In this document: piece by piece, positions 13,401 through 25,742 of the stretch | How positions within the stretch are numbered: position 1 is the first letter of the stretch | How the letters are laid out: the number at the start of each line of letters is the position of its first letter | Assembly: GCF_036321535.1 (NCBI RefSeq) | Contig: NC_087441.1 | Location: forward strand, 32,674,001 to 32,738,000 | Direction of reading: 5' to 3' | DNA length: 64,000 nucleotides | Source of the DNA: Camelus dromedarius | Lineage: Eukaryota | Program-made: the position numbers and the translations under genes | The notes under the pieces: generated by a model | Told to the model about the DNA's origin: nothing | Database searches by the model: none | What the model saw: only the letters and a program-made list of their open reading frames with translations

Positions 13401-15694
13401 CAATTAGCATCTGACTTAAGAGTTAGAGGAAGTGAAGATTGTTGGAATTTTCAGATATGAATCTGAGCTGGGGGAAGAAGAAAGGGGTATCTCTACTAAA
13501 ATCACCAACAGCTGGACCACAAGTACAAGTTATAAACTTTCAGAGCTGTGAGCACAAAGCACTTCCTGGTTCAGAATTTGATTTTCTCTTGTTGAAGAGT
13601 TGTTGTCCCAACAACAGTGAAAGGTTTCAAACACATGTGACAGACCTATCTCGACCCAGCAGTGCCAAGTTCAAGTCCAAACTCAGGAGTTAGTTCAGCT
13701 GAAGTCTTTCTTGACTGTCAGCAACAACATGAAAGAAGGAGGGAGGAGTCTTAAATGCACTTTGTTCTTTTCTGTCTTGGAGTCATATCTTGAGTATCTC
13801 AACGAAGGCTGTGACCAGAGCATATTTATGGACATGTTTCAAGGGATAAATAAACTCCCTGAAATTAACACAAAATTTATGCCTATATATTTATTCTTAC
13901 TTTTTTCTCATTTTCTCACTTATTCCTGGATTCCTTATTTAGGTAGCATGCTTTTATATTAAAATTCATTAGTGCTTATTTTTCAGTAGCGCTTATTCCA
14001 AAGACTTTATATATCTTAATTCAGTCAATCCTCTCAACAATCTTATAAAATCAGTATTATTATTCTTCTTCTCATTTTAGAGAAAACTACACAGCCCTGC
14101 AGCTTGTAAGTAGTTCTATAGAGAAGAAACCCATGGGAGGCCCCAAAGCAGAAGATGCCCAAGCTTCCTAACCATAGTAGTTCCACCTGGTGGTTTTGCT
14201 GAAACTTCCTTGGGTCTTGTTCCAGGATCTGGGGCAGTCCAGATCAGCAAGGTATCTCAGGTTAAGCAGAGGTGCGCTTGTCATTCATCCTTAAAATCAG
14301 CTTTACAGGGACCCATTACACTGTACTGTAGGAAGGTATATTTATACAACAAGTATTTTATGTATAGCTGTCTTTGAACAATTGGTTAATTTGTGTTTGA
14401 TCAACTGTCAAAGAAATTTGTTTTTCAATGAGGGAAAAAAACCTCAATCCCAGTATATTAACCACCAAAGAATCCGCTAAATCAATGAGTCATTTTTTGA
14501 TCATGGCCTGGCCTACAATAAAAAAAAAATATTTAATTGTGATTCAATATATACACCCTTATAAATATTTAAAACAAAATTTTCATGAAATATTATTTAT
14601 TCTGACTATAGATAACACATTTCTATTCAGTCTAGCTCAGTCCAGACTAATCTATTCTATTCCATTCCATTAAAACAATGCTGGTTCCTATCCACTAAAT
14701 AGATTTCATGACACACCAATGGGTTAGTAACCTACAGCTTGAAAAGCAGTATTCTATATAGAATTAAATCAGGTAACTCTACCTGTTCTTTAAAAATAAA
14801 GCAAAAAGCATGAGTCTAACTGTTAATGGCTAAATGTTTCTATGTCTTGTTTTTAATCTGTTAAAAAAAAAAAAGTTAATGATTTCCTGAAAGCATTAGC
14901 AGGTCAAACTTGGCCATCCATGTTTTTCCCAATAACGAATGATAAGCAAGATGTAAATAAATATTCCCTTAAGAGCAGCCTGATCTGAACTCAATCAAGA
15001 AAACAGGAAACATAAGCCTTAAACAATATTACAGCTCATGCATGAGTTTAATTGGTAACCAGTAATATTTTCAAATAAGGTGTATGCAGTTTTTTTTTAT
15101 AGGAAATGGTCTTAAAATATTCTTAAGTATTTTTAAGATTAAAAAATTTCCAAATACTAAAAAAATTTATAGTGGTAGAAATTAAGATTCATAAACCAGT
15201 TACACCCTACATTAAAGAAGCTGTTCTAAATAAATTTCCTCAGTCTGTCAGTTGGTCAAAAAAATATTTAACACTTGTTATAGGTCAACCAGTATTTAAC
15301 AAAGCACAGGGAAAGATCACTGAACTATAGCCAAGTCCCTTCCCTTCAGATGGCCCATTTGCAGGGAGAATGACTGTAAACACATAAACAAGGAAGTAAG
15401 GGCTAAGGTCACACACAAGAGGGCTCTTGGGTGGGGCTGTGGATCACTACAGGCCTGTGTCCCCGACAGCACCAACAGCCCTGTAGGCTGGCACTTAGCA
15501 GGTAAAATTAGATACGGTTTCCAATAGAGTCAACTAGAACATTTTACTTCCAAATCTGTATACAACTTTCCCGGCTTACCACATTATGATGCTAAGAATA
15601 TGTTCTAATCTCCCACTCAGACAAAGTAAAACTTAATGCTCAGTGCAATTTAGAGTGAGATAACACGGAATAAAGAAAAATAATCAGACAAAGC

Positions 15695-15880
15695 AGATTC
15701 AGGGATTCAGGGCTCAGATCCTCCATTTAAAGGCTACGTGACTGGAGACAAGTTTTTTAACCTTTGAACTATAGATATGTCATCTGCATTTATATCTACT
15801 CAGAGGACCATGGTGAGGTTAAAGTGAGGGAATGCACAAGAAAGCACTTTATAAAGTATCATAAAGCTGTTATTATTAAC
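15695..15880 (+). mobile_element. MIR SINE
   Basis: gtgactggagacaagttttttaacctttgaact...gtgaggttaaagtgag...gttattatt. Confidence 0.65.
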
Positions 15881-17483
15881 TTTCATTATAATCAGTAAGC
15901 ATAGTAAAACTGAGAAGATAAGAGATTAACCAAATATTAAGAAAGTGTAGAGTTAACATGTACCAAGCACTTAAAATGGTTCTATTTGCTTTTCATATGT
16001 CAACTCAATTAAAGTCTGCAATATGGCACTATCTGAATCTAACAGCTGGTAATAATAAGCTTTTTCCTCAAATCTGGGACATACTAAGTTTCTCCTCCAA
16101 TGGTTCTTGGCCAGCAGGAAAAAAACAGCGTAGAGACTGTTAATTAAAGGAAGGGCAAGAGTTCACATCACACCACTCCACCCATGTCACATCTGCATCC
16201 CTAGATACCACAAAGAGATGGCTCTTTCCTAAGGTTCAAAGACTGCCTCCATGGGGCTAGAGCAGGGTGCACTCCCTGTGTCCTCGGCAGTGCTTGGATT
16301 AACCAGCCAGACCCAGCCAGGTGACACCTTCTACTGGATCCTAGACTCTGTACTTGACCAAGAGAGCAAGCTGAGATTTTCTGTCCAAATGTATTTCTGC
16401 ATTCATTTCTGTTACAGGCTACTACTCTTTAGACAAGATGCAATCCTAGGGTATAAAGTGGACCACTGTAATGCAAAAGCTTGCCTTCCACAGGTGGAGT
16501 ATACATACTGCATGTCTCCTACTGCCTTGATTCCTTAATACTCTGCCATTAACCATATTATGGATGGATAAAGTTGACGAGACATGGTTTGTGGGAAATC
16601 TTCAAGTTATAACTGAATTGTTTTTAGAAAAGATCACTTATAAATTAGATCTTTAGACTTCAGGATGCATTTCTGCACATTAACTTACAGTGGTATCAAT
16701 TAATGTTAAACTGTCAGGACCACCCACAGAAATCTAATCAACCCACAATGTGAGTGGCAGCAGGTCAGGTAACCTGTGTTCTACGGGCCCCATTATGCCA
16801 CTGAGTTGCCACTTGGGCCCGGGCAGCATCCAGAGCATAGTCGTTGGAGGAGGAAAGGGCTGGTTCAAATGCTGCCTCATGCACCTGCTACATAATTTCA
16901 CTGAAGTTATTCTGCCCCTTTGAGTCTAAATTTCCACAGCAGACAAATCATATTTAGGGATGAAAATTTTTATATATGAGAGGCTTGGTATGAAGATAAT
17001 TTGGACCAGTTCTCCTAACCTTTTTCACAACAGAGGATGCACAGAATGAGGAAAATATTTACACTGTGCTCTGGGGTAAGATGCTGCTCACTGCTAAAGG
17101 AGACCAGCCCAGGTGTCTGGGCTGAGGTCTGAGGGCTGAGGCGTGTCTCTGGCATGAGACATGAGACTGTGTCAGGCGACACCAGTGGTGAGGTTCTGAT
17201 GAGCAGTGCCCTCGTATGGGACCAACCCATCACCAACACTTCCTCCTCACGGACCTAGGGTCAAACTGATAAATAAAAGTGTGCCATAGATTTCTCAAGG
17301 CCCTTTGGACTACATAAATTCCCTTTCTGACATTCCAGAACCTAACAGTGGTCATTACAATGTACCTTTGGGAAACTGTATAATTGCACTTTGGACTGTT
17401 GTAATTGCTCCCTCGTCCCTGATCTGTCTGAACAGCAGCAGCCCATGGGAAGGGAGTGGTGTATCAAGATGAGGATTCTTTTG

Positions 17484-17604
17484 TTTGTTTTTTTGGGACG
17501 GAGGTAATTAGGTTTATTTATTTATTTTAATGGAGGTGCTGGCGATTGAACTCAGGACCTCATGCATGCTAAGCACACACTCTACCACTGAACTACACCC
17601 TCCC
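17484..17604 (-). mobile_element. Camelid tRNA-derived SINE (Vic-1-like) with target-site duplication
   Basis: Minus strand GGGAGGGTGTAGTTCAGTGGTAGAGTGTGTGCTTAGCATGCATGAGGTCCTGAGTTCAATCGCCAGCACCTCCATTAAAATAAATAAATAAACCTAATTACCTCC plus A-tail. Flanked by TCAAGATGAG(G/A)ATTCTTTTG at 17464-17483 and 17605-17624 (19/20). Confidence 0.9.
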
Positions 17605-20490
17605 TCAAGATGAGAATTCTTTTGGGTGAAGATGAAGGTACAGGTAGACACAGAAGCAAGGTCAGGAATGATGTGTCTTTAAAGAAAAGATTCTTTACTC
17701 ACTGTGCCAGGCACCCTATATGTTACCTCAGCCTTCACAGGTTTTGTTTGGTTTTGTTTGAATGAGAGCTACACAATTTACTATGTATACTTAATAAAAG
17801 GGCTACCCAGTGGGTTCAAGTATCAGACTCCAGATCCTCCCCGCTGAAGAAGGGGGTTAAACCTCAGTCAGCGTGGACAATGGATGAGACCCGGGCCAGC
17901 TCTAGTCGTCCTTGCTGTGTCTCATTCGGGCTCCCTGGTCTGGGCTGAGGAGCTTCCTTCTTCAATACCATCTCATTAGTGGGTTGTTATCAGCCACCCT
18001 CAATGACTGAAGACATGCAGGGTGAAATTTAGAAAACTTGGCCAAGGTTATCCACTGGAGTGATTTTCAAACACCAAGTGTTCTGTTGATGGGTCAGAGG
18101 ACCAAGGCTGAGGAACTGCCAGGGCAGAGGATGGGGCTGGAAGGGGGAGGTGTCAGGGGAGTGGAGACATGAGCTAAGGTGGGTTCCACACTCTACCTCC
18201 TTCGGGATTTGTGAGGCGATGAGGTGAAAAGAAAAACCATCCCCCTCCTTTTTGCCTACCACACGCTCTGGAGGGGTGGGTGAGACAAGAGAGCAGGCAC
18301 AGCAGCAGCCGTCCTGCGCCTCCTGACAGTGGGGAAGTGTGGGAGGGGCAGCAGGTCCCAGGGACCTGCGTGAACCACAGTCTCCCGACGAGTCTCCAGC
18401 ACTCAGGGTCTACTCACAGGCCCTCTCAGATCTTGTCACAGGGGGAAAGTAAATCTAGAAAACACCACTTTGGGTTAACTAAAAATTTTATTTTTTGATA
18501 CCCTAAATTAACCCGATCCTAAAAAACATGTTTTTAAAGAATTTTCAAACACAAACACCAAGAGCACAAAGGGACCTACACAAAAACCACTAAAAGGGTT
18601 CTAAATTCTGCAGAAGCCAAATAATGTCACAGTGGGTGTGGAATAAGAGAGCCCTTGTGGAACCACTTTACAAAAAAGAAACACCTGCATTCTAAACTCT
18701 GGGGGAAGGATGCAGCAGGGCCATGATGAATCATGATCCCTCCAGAGGAGAGTACACAAAGTATCATTTGCTTTAATGCTTCAGTTTTTCATTTGATTTC
18801 AAGACCTGTCAAGTATCAAGGAATTAATACGCATACATATAATATACTAATTTTGTTTATGCAAATTATTTGCGAAAGCATGGGGAAATGTCTCATGACT
18901 CATTCGATCTGGAATGAACAACTGGTACAAAACACTGAAGATGCAGAAAACCATGTGGGCCCGGGCCAGGAGATCCTGAGAAGTCCTTAGGGCTTACCCA
19001 GAACAGGTTTGCCTAGCAGTGATGCTCATTCACACTTCCACTTGGAGCTACACAGGCATGCTTCAAGATAAATTATAGGAAAGCAAGTAAAAGTATAGGG
19101 TGACTCTCAAATCACTAATTTCAACCCAAAATTATTACAACAGGGTCTTTTAAACTTAACTTTGCTTTGATGTTAACTTCAGAGAGAGAGAGAGAGAACC
19201 ATCAACAAAGGGAGAGGATAAAGGATTATTTACTAAACACAATCATACAATGTTTATGAAAGCACAGGGTAAAACAGTGCACCAAGGAAACAGGCTATTT
19301 AACTACTCAGAAGGGAAAAGGGATGGGGTGAGGAGACGAGCCTAAGAGCAATTTTTAGGATCTCTGATACATACTTTGGTAGCTTGCAGAATCAAGGCGA
19401 ACCTTCCTCTGGCTCTCCTCCGCACACTGGCAGAGGTTTGTGCAACATGGTGTGGCCGTATCCATGTGGCCTTAGTCTTGGCCTGACTTTATACTCCTCC
19501 CCGGAGATCTTGCTTGCACTGCCCGTATTCACACTCCAGAGCAAACTTCCCTAGATTGTCAGAAACTGGCTTTCAAGCAGGTCCTATTGGTAATCCCACT
19601 TTATGGAATTCCACAGCTTAGTCAGAGGCATCTGAAAAGACTTATAACTTTGGCTGCCTCTTTTCTGATGATGAAGAGTTTTGTTTCTTTTTGCTTTCAA
19701 CAGCTTGACCATTTTGAGCTGCAACTGCATTAAAACAGCCAAACTGCAGGTTTGTCTGTTCTGTCTCTCTCTCATTTCCTACTAACTGATGACGTTGATT
19801 TACTATTTAATGGTACCACCGCTTGTTGACCTTGTCCTGCCATCTCTGTGCTCCTAAGGTCACAATCCATTTTTGGATATGTTTGTCTTTTTCATTGTTA
19901 GAATACTTTTCACAAGTGGTCAAGACAAGCATGACAATTAAATTTTGTATTTCTGAATTGAAAAAATTATGCTGTTCTTTCAGAAGTTTCATCTTGTATT
20001 CTCAGTTTCAGGAGCTCCCCTCACTCTACATCTTAGGAACAAGACGTGGTTAATTTTGAGCAGCTTGTTCATGAACCACAGTCACTCTTACTGTTGGCAT
20101 CAGTTTGGATGCTGACTGAGAAGGCACCATGGCTTCTGAAAGCACCACGTACAGCATCCATAGGCCAAAAAAAAGAACCTTGACCTAAACTCACATCTTA
20201 TATAAAAATTAACTTAAGATGGATTGACTTAAATATGCAACATAACACTGTTAAATGTTTAGGAAAAAAATGAAAGAAAATCTTCAGGACCTAGGGCTGG
20301 GCAAAAGCACAATCCTTAAAAGGTAAAACAGATTGAATCACATCAAAATTAAAACCTTTTGCTTTGCAAAAGACTCTGTTAAGAAACTGAAAAGAAAAGC
20401 CACAGACTGAAAGACAATATTGGTAAGCCATGTATCAAAGAACTAGTATCTAGAATTTATACAGATCTCTCAAAACTGAATAAGGAAACA

Positions 20491-20643
20491 NNNNNNNNNN
20501 NNNNNNNNNNNNNNNNNNNNNNNNNNNNNNNNNNNNNNNNNNNNNNNNNNNNNNNNNNNNNNNNNNNNNNNNNNNNNNNNNNNNNNNNNNNNNNNNNNNN
20601 NNNNNNNNNNNNNNNNNNNNNNNNNNNNNNNNNNNNNNNNNNN
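20491..20643. other. Assembly gap / N run (153 nt)
   Basis: Run of n. Confidence 1.
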
Positions 20644-21038
20644 GGTTAAAACAAAAAATAGTGGCAATACCAAATGCTGATAAGGATGCCAAGAAACTGG
20701 ATCATTTAACAGACTGCTGATGGGAAGGAATGGAAAATGGTACAGCCACTCTGGAGAAGAGTCTGGAAGAGTTTCTTACAAAATTAAACATATATTTATC
20801 ATTTCACTCAGCCGCTCTTTTGGGCATTTTTCCCAGATAAATTAAACCTGATACCCTCAAAAAAACACTTTCACACAAATGATCCTAGCTTTATGTCTAA
20901 TAGTCCTAAACTGGAAACAACTCAAATATCCTTCAATGGGTGAATGGTTAAAAAACTGTGAAACACCCATATCTTGGGAATACTACTTAGTAACAAAAAG
21001 GAACAAACTATTGATTTATGCAACATCTTGGGCAGCTC

Positions 21039-21185
21039 NNNNNNNNNNNNNNNNNNNNNNNNNNNNNNNNNNNNNNNNNNNNNNNNNNNNNNNNNNNNNN
21101 NNNNNNNNNNNNNNNNNNNNNNNNNNNNNNNNNNNNNNNNNNNNNNNNNNNNNNNNNNNNNNNNNNNNNNNNNNNNNNNNNNNNN
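21039..21185. other. Assembly gap / N run (147 nt)
   Basis: Run of n. Confidence 1.
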
Positions 21186-21277
21186 CTTATAAAAGATGAG
21201 AAAGTCTGAGAAAGCTCCTTGCCCCTTTCACCATGTGAGGTGACAGTAAGAAGATGGCCTTTTATGAACCAGGACTT
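21186..21277 (+). mobile_element. MLT1A-type (MaLR) LTR internal fragment between two gaps
   Basis: cttataaaag...gctccttgcccctttcaccatgtgagg...agaagatggcc...tatgaaccagga matches the middle of MLT1A0. Confidence 0.75.
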
Positions 21278-21426
21278 NNNNNNNNNNNNNNNNNNNNNNN
21301 NNNNNNNNNNNNNNNNNNNNNNNNNNNNNNNNNNNNNNNNNNNNNNNNNNNNNNNNNNNNNNNNNNNNNNNNNNNNNNNNNNNNNNNNNNNNNNNNNNNN
21401 NNNNNNNNNNNNNNNNNNNNNNNNNN
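21278..21426. other. Assembly gap / N run (149 nt)
   Basis: Run of n. Confidence 1.
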
Positions 21427-23152
21427 AGGGAATTGAACTAAGTGAAAAAAATCTAATCTCAAAAGGTTAGATACTGTGTGATTCCATTTATATAATATTT
21501 TTGAAATGATCAATTATAGACATGGAGAACAGATTAGTGGTTGTCAGGAATGACGGGCAGAAGGAAAGAGGTGAATGTGGCTACAAAAGGGTAGCATGTG
21601 GGCTCTTTTTGATGGAATTGTTTGTATCGTGATCGTGATAGTGGCCATACAAATCTACACGTGATAAAACTGAATAGAACTAAATTCACACACACCTGCA
21701 TACACAAATGAGTGCTTGTAAACCGAGTGAAATCTGAATAAGGTTAGTGGATTGTATCAACATCAATTTCCCAGTTGTGATATTTATTATATGATAGTTA
21801 CATAAGGTGGGAAACTGGGTGAACGGTATAAGGTATCTCTGTATTATTTCTTAGAACTACATGTGTATCTACAATTATCTCAAAATAAACATTTTTAAAA
21901 GGCGTTATATAGTTCTTACTTATTCTAAGTGTCCTACCTTTTTAATGTTTCACTCATTAGATGCCTAAGTTCTTCCCTCCCCAAACAATCTTGGTCCTAA
22001 TCGCAGAAAACGGTTCATTACAATTAGTTTAACTCTTGCTTTCTAAAAACTCTTATTCATGGTTTCCTATTATCAAGTGAAACATGCTCTTTGGACATAA
22101 CCCTACATTTGAATACTGACTCTCATACTGCAAGAAATGGACAAAATATTTACTGAGTTACCTCACGGATAAAATAGGGGGAAAACCTATCTCACAAGTT
22201 TATTGCAAAGATAAAGACAATAATAAATCAAGTACTTGGCACACAGTAGTTCCTTAAATGTTCATTACCTTCTTTTTCCCAGGAATAATTTAAAACCTAG
22301 CTTAATTTCTGGATAAAAACATCAACAAAAAAACTTTGGTTTTCAGTTTCCAAGACTTGTATGTGGAAAATAGAAAATGTATCTTTAAAGAGCATAGATT
22401 GGGGGTTGGGGATATGATGAGGCTGAATTCAGTTCACAAGAAATATTCCAATTTAGGAGATTATAATGACCATTTTAAGTGAATGCTCTCACTCTGAGTT
22501 TGAAAACATTCCAGCCATCAAAATGATTCATAAATGTTTTTGGTGTACCATGCATGGTATTACGATTAGTAGTGGCTGCCATATAGATGTTTAAATCTGT
22601 AAAGAGTAACCAATTATAAGTAGATTGCTTCTATTCAGATACCAACTTGTGTATACATGTTGGATGAGTTCAAGCTTTAAAAATGCCAGGGACTCCAATG
22701 ATACAATTTCATCCATTCCATTTACCTACAAAAACACTTTTCAGTGATAGACTCCCCACCAGGTAGTAAGTTTTAAATATGTCACAGATTTTTAGTTATA
22801 GCTCAACCAATTAAGCCACAGAACAGCAGGAACTAAATATTCAGGATTTAAAATTCAATGCAGGTTGCTAAACACGGGATTCTGAGCAATCTGCAGTTCA
22901 ATGCTTAAGGACCGCTAGATTCCCTGAGCAGCACTGGCCTGAGAGAACCGTCAAAGATACAGAAGAACCAAATGTTATTTCTCTAGTATCAACAAGAAAA
23001 AGGATGAAACAAAGTATATTGAACTTCTATCGGTTACCTGCTCTGATTATGAACAGTCACAAATCACAAAATGCCAAGTAACACTCAAGGACAAAGTCCT
23101 CTCAAACATTTTTTTTTAAGCACTGATACAATTTTGCAAAGCGAATGCTTAC

Positions 23153-23202
23153 CGAGCAAAATAACTTTGTTTCCGTTCCTTCTTCTCTTCCTTGGTATCC
23201 AT
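23153..23202 (-). CDS. NCOA7: Nuclear receptor coactivator 7, first coding segment (MDTKEEKKERKQSYFAR, phase-2 end); rest of CDS lies outside the window
   Basis: Minus strand reads ATG GAT ACC AAG GAA GAG AAG AAG GAA CGG AAA CAA AGT TAT TTT GCT CG|gtaagc. This matches the NCOA7 N-terminus as I recall it. Strong Kozak context (A at -3, G at +4). Missing from the ORF track because it is only 50 nt. Confidence 0.95.
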
Positions 23203-23263
23203 AATATGCAATCAAAAGTGCAAAGTATTTGGAAAAGTTCTTTTTAATTAATGAGTCATAACC
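23153..23263 (-). other. NCOA7: NCOA7 exon containing the start codon (111 nt; 61 nt 5'UTR + 50 nt CDS)
   Basis: Acceptor ttattttttttttacag|GGTTATG (AG at 23265-23264) and donor CG|gtaagc (GT at 23152-23151). Confidence 0.9.
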
Positions 23264-24759
23264 CTGTAAAAAAAAAATAACAAAGTGACTGTCAATTAAG
23301 AAGTTTATAATGGCCAGTATGAAGAATGAAGCAGACCTACATGGTCCCAACAAATGGAAGATAAACTTTAACCCGTAAGCAGCCACATGAGTCATATACA
23401 AAATACAAATGTCTTTGCAGGAAAGAGGGGACGACAATTAGAACAGAGGTGGTAAACTGTAAAATAAAAAGTGGCTGGAAAAATAAACTGAAGTATCTTC
23501 CTCATAATTAACAATTCTTTCAAAATGTGCCAAAATGAAAACCACTGACTTCGGAGGATTTTAGACTAGCTATGCAGAAGCTATTTGTTTTTAATTTTTA
23601 ATTCATAATCACTCTTTTCAAGTCATTAACGATGAAGGTGTCTCACATATAATGATGAAAAATGGATCACTTAAGTGTTTTACAAGAATGTTCTTTCTTT
23701 AAAAAATAAAAGTAACATTAGTGTTCTGTTTTATTTTCAGAAACATGCCAGCAAGTACATCCCACTTGAGCACATGTGGAAATGAAATTACAGGCGTCAG
23801 GAAGCTGTTCTCCAGATCGGCCTTCCATGCTTGCCCCTGCCTCCTCTCCTCTCCCCCTCTGCAAGCCTCACCTGTTTCCCAGGAGCAACCTGGTTTAAAC
23901 CTATAATAAGAGGTTGTCTCCAGATCAGTCTTTCCTTAAATACCCCTTTCATCATGCCACACTCTAGCTCAAAAAGCCCCAATGTCTTACTGCCCGATTC
24001 ACTCATCTAAGCTTTCTGCAGAGCATTATCCTTTCCTAAAATCTGTCTTTTCACCCTGAATGAGTCTCATAGTAAAAGCAAAGAATGTTCATCAATCAAA
24101 ATTATTTACTGATTTATTTCAACTCCATAAACAATTTAATTCACAATACAAATTACAGGAAAGACACTGTGATAACGATCAGAGACCAAAGATAAATAAG
24201 ACATGCCCTTCACCATAGTGGAACCTACTGCCTCACAAAGACGACACTTAGGATGGCACGTCATGGGGGATACAAACCGCTATGGAGAAAGCACAGAGCC
24301 CAGAGGAAGGACACTGAGCCTTAGGCAGGGCCCACCCCTTCAACCCCCACAGGCACCAAGATGCGAAGGGTGAGCATGCAGGAAACGGGTCCAGCTTGCA
24401 GAAGAGCAAGGAGACACAGTGTTTCCCTGCTGCTCCAGGATTAAGTGTGGGAGCTGAGGATGAAGACATGGGCAGGATGAGGGTCATGGGAGACCTTCTA
24501 CGTCCTGCTGAAGAGCAGGGACTTAATCCTAGCTATGTGATATGTGCTGCCACCCACTCCACTGGACCATGTCACACCATGTCACTAAGTGTCATGCTGA
24601 CCCTGCAGCAGCGCTCCCAGCAGACAATACCAGAGGGAGGGAGGGAGTGTAATGCATGCAGATTACAGACGATGGATCCAAGAGGACTGAGAACAGGGTG
24701 AACAGACCTTTTGGAAAGAAATTACCGTAAAACTAGTTGAGAGAGGAGGGTCCACACTT

Positions 24760-25105
24760 AGGCCAGCAGTATCTGACATAGGAAGAGGGCATATGAGTTT
24801 AAGTGGTATTTAGGAGGCAAATGAGTCCAGATTTGATGACTCATTCCACGTAGACAACATGGGAGACATGCCCTCCAAACTTCTGCTCTGGGGACTGGGT
24901 AGACTGTGATGCCACAGATACGACACAATCTATAAGAAGGGGGCATGTGTGTGGGATGGGGGGGGCAGAAACAGATGCCTTTGAGAGGCCCACTGGCTAG
25001 TCAGCTGTAGACATCCAGCAGATGTTTGACTTCATCTAAAGCACAGGAGTGTGGTGAGGGCTAGAGAAAAATATTTAGAAATTATCAGCATATGGTTATA
25101 GTAAA
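24760..25105 (-). mobile_element. L2 fragment
   Basis: Antisense-L2 motifs (gggctagagaaaaatatttagaaattatcagcatatgg). Confidence 0.55.
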
Positions 25106-25589
25106 GGGGGAAAAAAGGACAAAAACAGTATGATGATAACACCCTGCATGCATCACAACTATGCACAGGGCCCTGTGTGGAAACAATGGGGGCCCCGGTC
25201 TCAGCCCTTAGCGGTTCACCTCCGTGTCCCTGACATGGGCGCTGCCCTCAAGGAACTCACCAACCAGTAGGGAAAATAAGATGTGTGCCGATAACTAAAA
25301 CGTAGGGTTAGTAACTTGAAGCTGTCCAAAGAATAACACCAAGAGTCCAGAAGACACAAGGTTCAGTTCTGGCTGAGGGGACAAAGTAAACCTGTCAGGG
25401 TGGTGAAGATTCACTAGGTACAAGAGGACAAAGGGACAGCGTTCCAGAATGAGAGAACACTTGAGCATAGGTGCGAACCTGAAAAGGGCGAGACGCATCG
25501 GCGAGAGGGGCAGAGCGGCCCCTGGGCAGGGAAAGGGAGCTGACCGTGAGGCCTGCATCCAGAAGTCATTATCTCCACACATCAGCCAC

Positions 25590-25742
25590 TTGTTCTCCTT
25601 CAAACCCCTACAACCACACTGTCAGTCAGGTATCCTCATTCCCCTAAACCGAGGCCAAGAGATAATAATTTGCCTGGTTCAACATTACCTGTTATGGTGG
25701 AGCAGAGATCTAAATCCAGTTTGGTGTATACTTCAATGCCTT
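25590..25742 (-). mobile_element. MIR SINE
   Basis: tatcctcattcccctaaaccgaggccaagagataataatttgcc...gagatctaaatccag. Confidence 0.55.

Larger units (their letters stand above)
20170..21900 (+). mobile_element. L1MC-type LINE 3' portion, interrupted by an MLT1A fragment and N gaps
   Basis: ORF2 end text (aaccttgacctaaactcacatcttatataaaaattaac...) and L1MC 3'UTR (gtgaaatctgaataagg...gggaaactgggtgaa...ctacaattatctcaaaataaa). Confidence 0.85.
1..23152 (-). other. NCOA7: NCOA7 intron following the first coding exon (partial, continues beyond base 1)
   Basis: No sequence encoding the expected next exon (LKKKKQAKQNAE...) was seen in 1-23152; the region is repeat-rich. Confidence 0.75.

Noticed and set aside
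17484-17604. tRNA-like sequence on the minus strand
   Set aside because: tRNA-derived SINE with A-rich tail and TSD, not a tRNA gene.
23102-23437. 111-aa minus-strand ORF overlapping the NCOA7 ATG exon
   Set aside because: Different frame from the real CDS and runs through both splice sites; coincidental.
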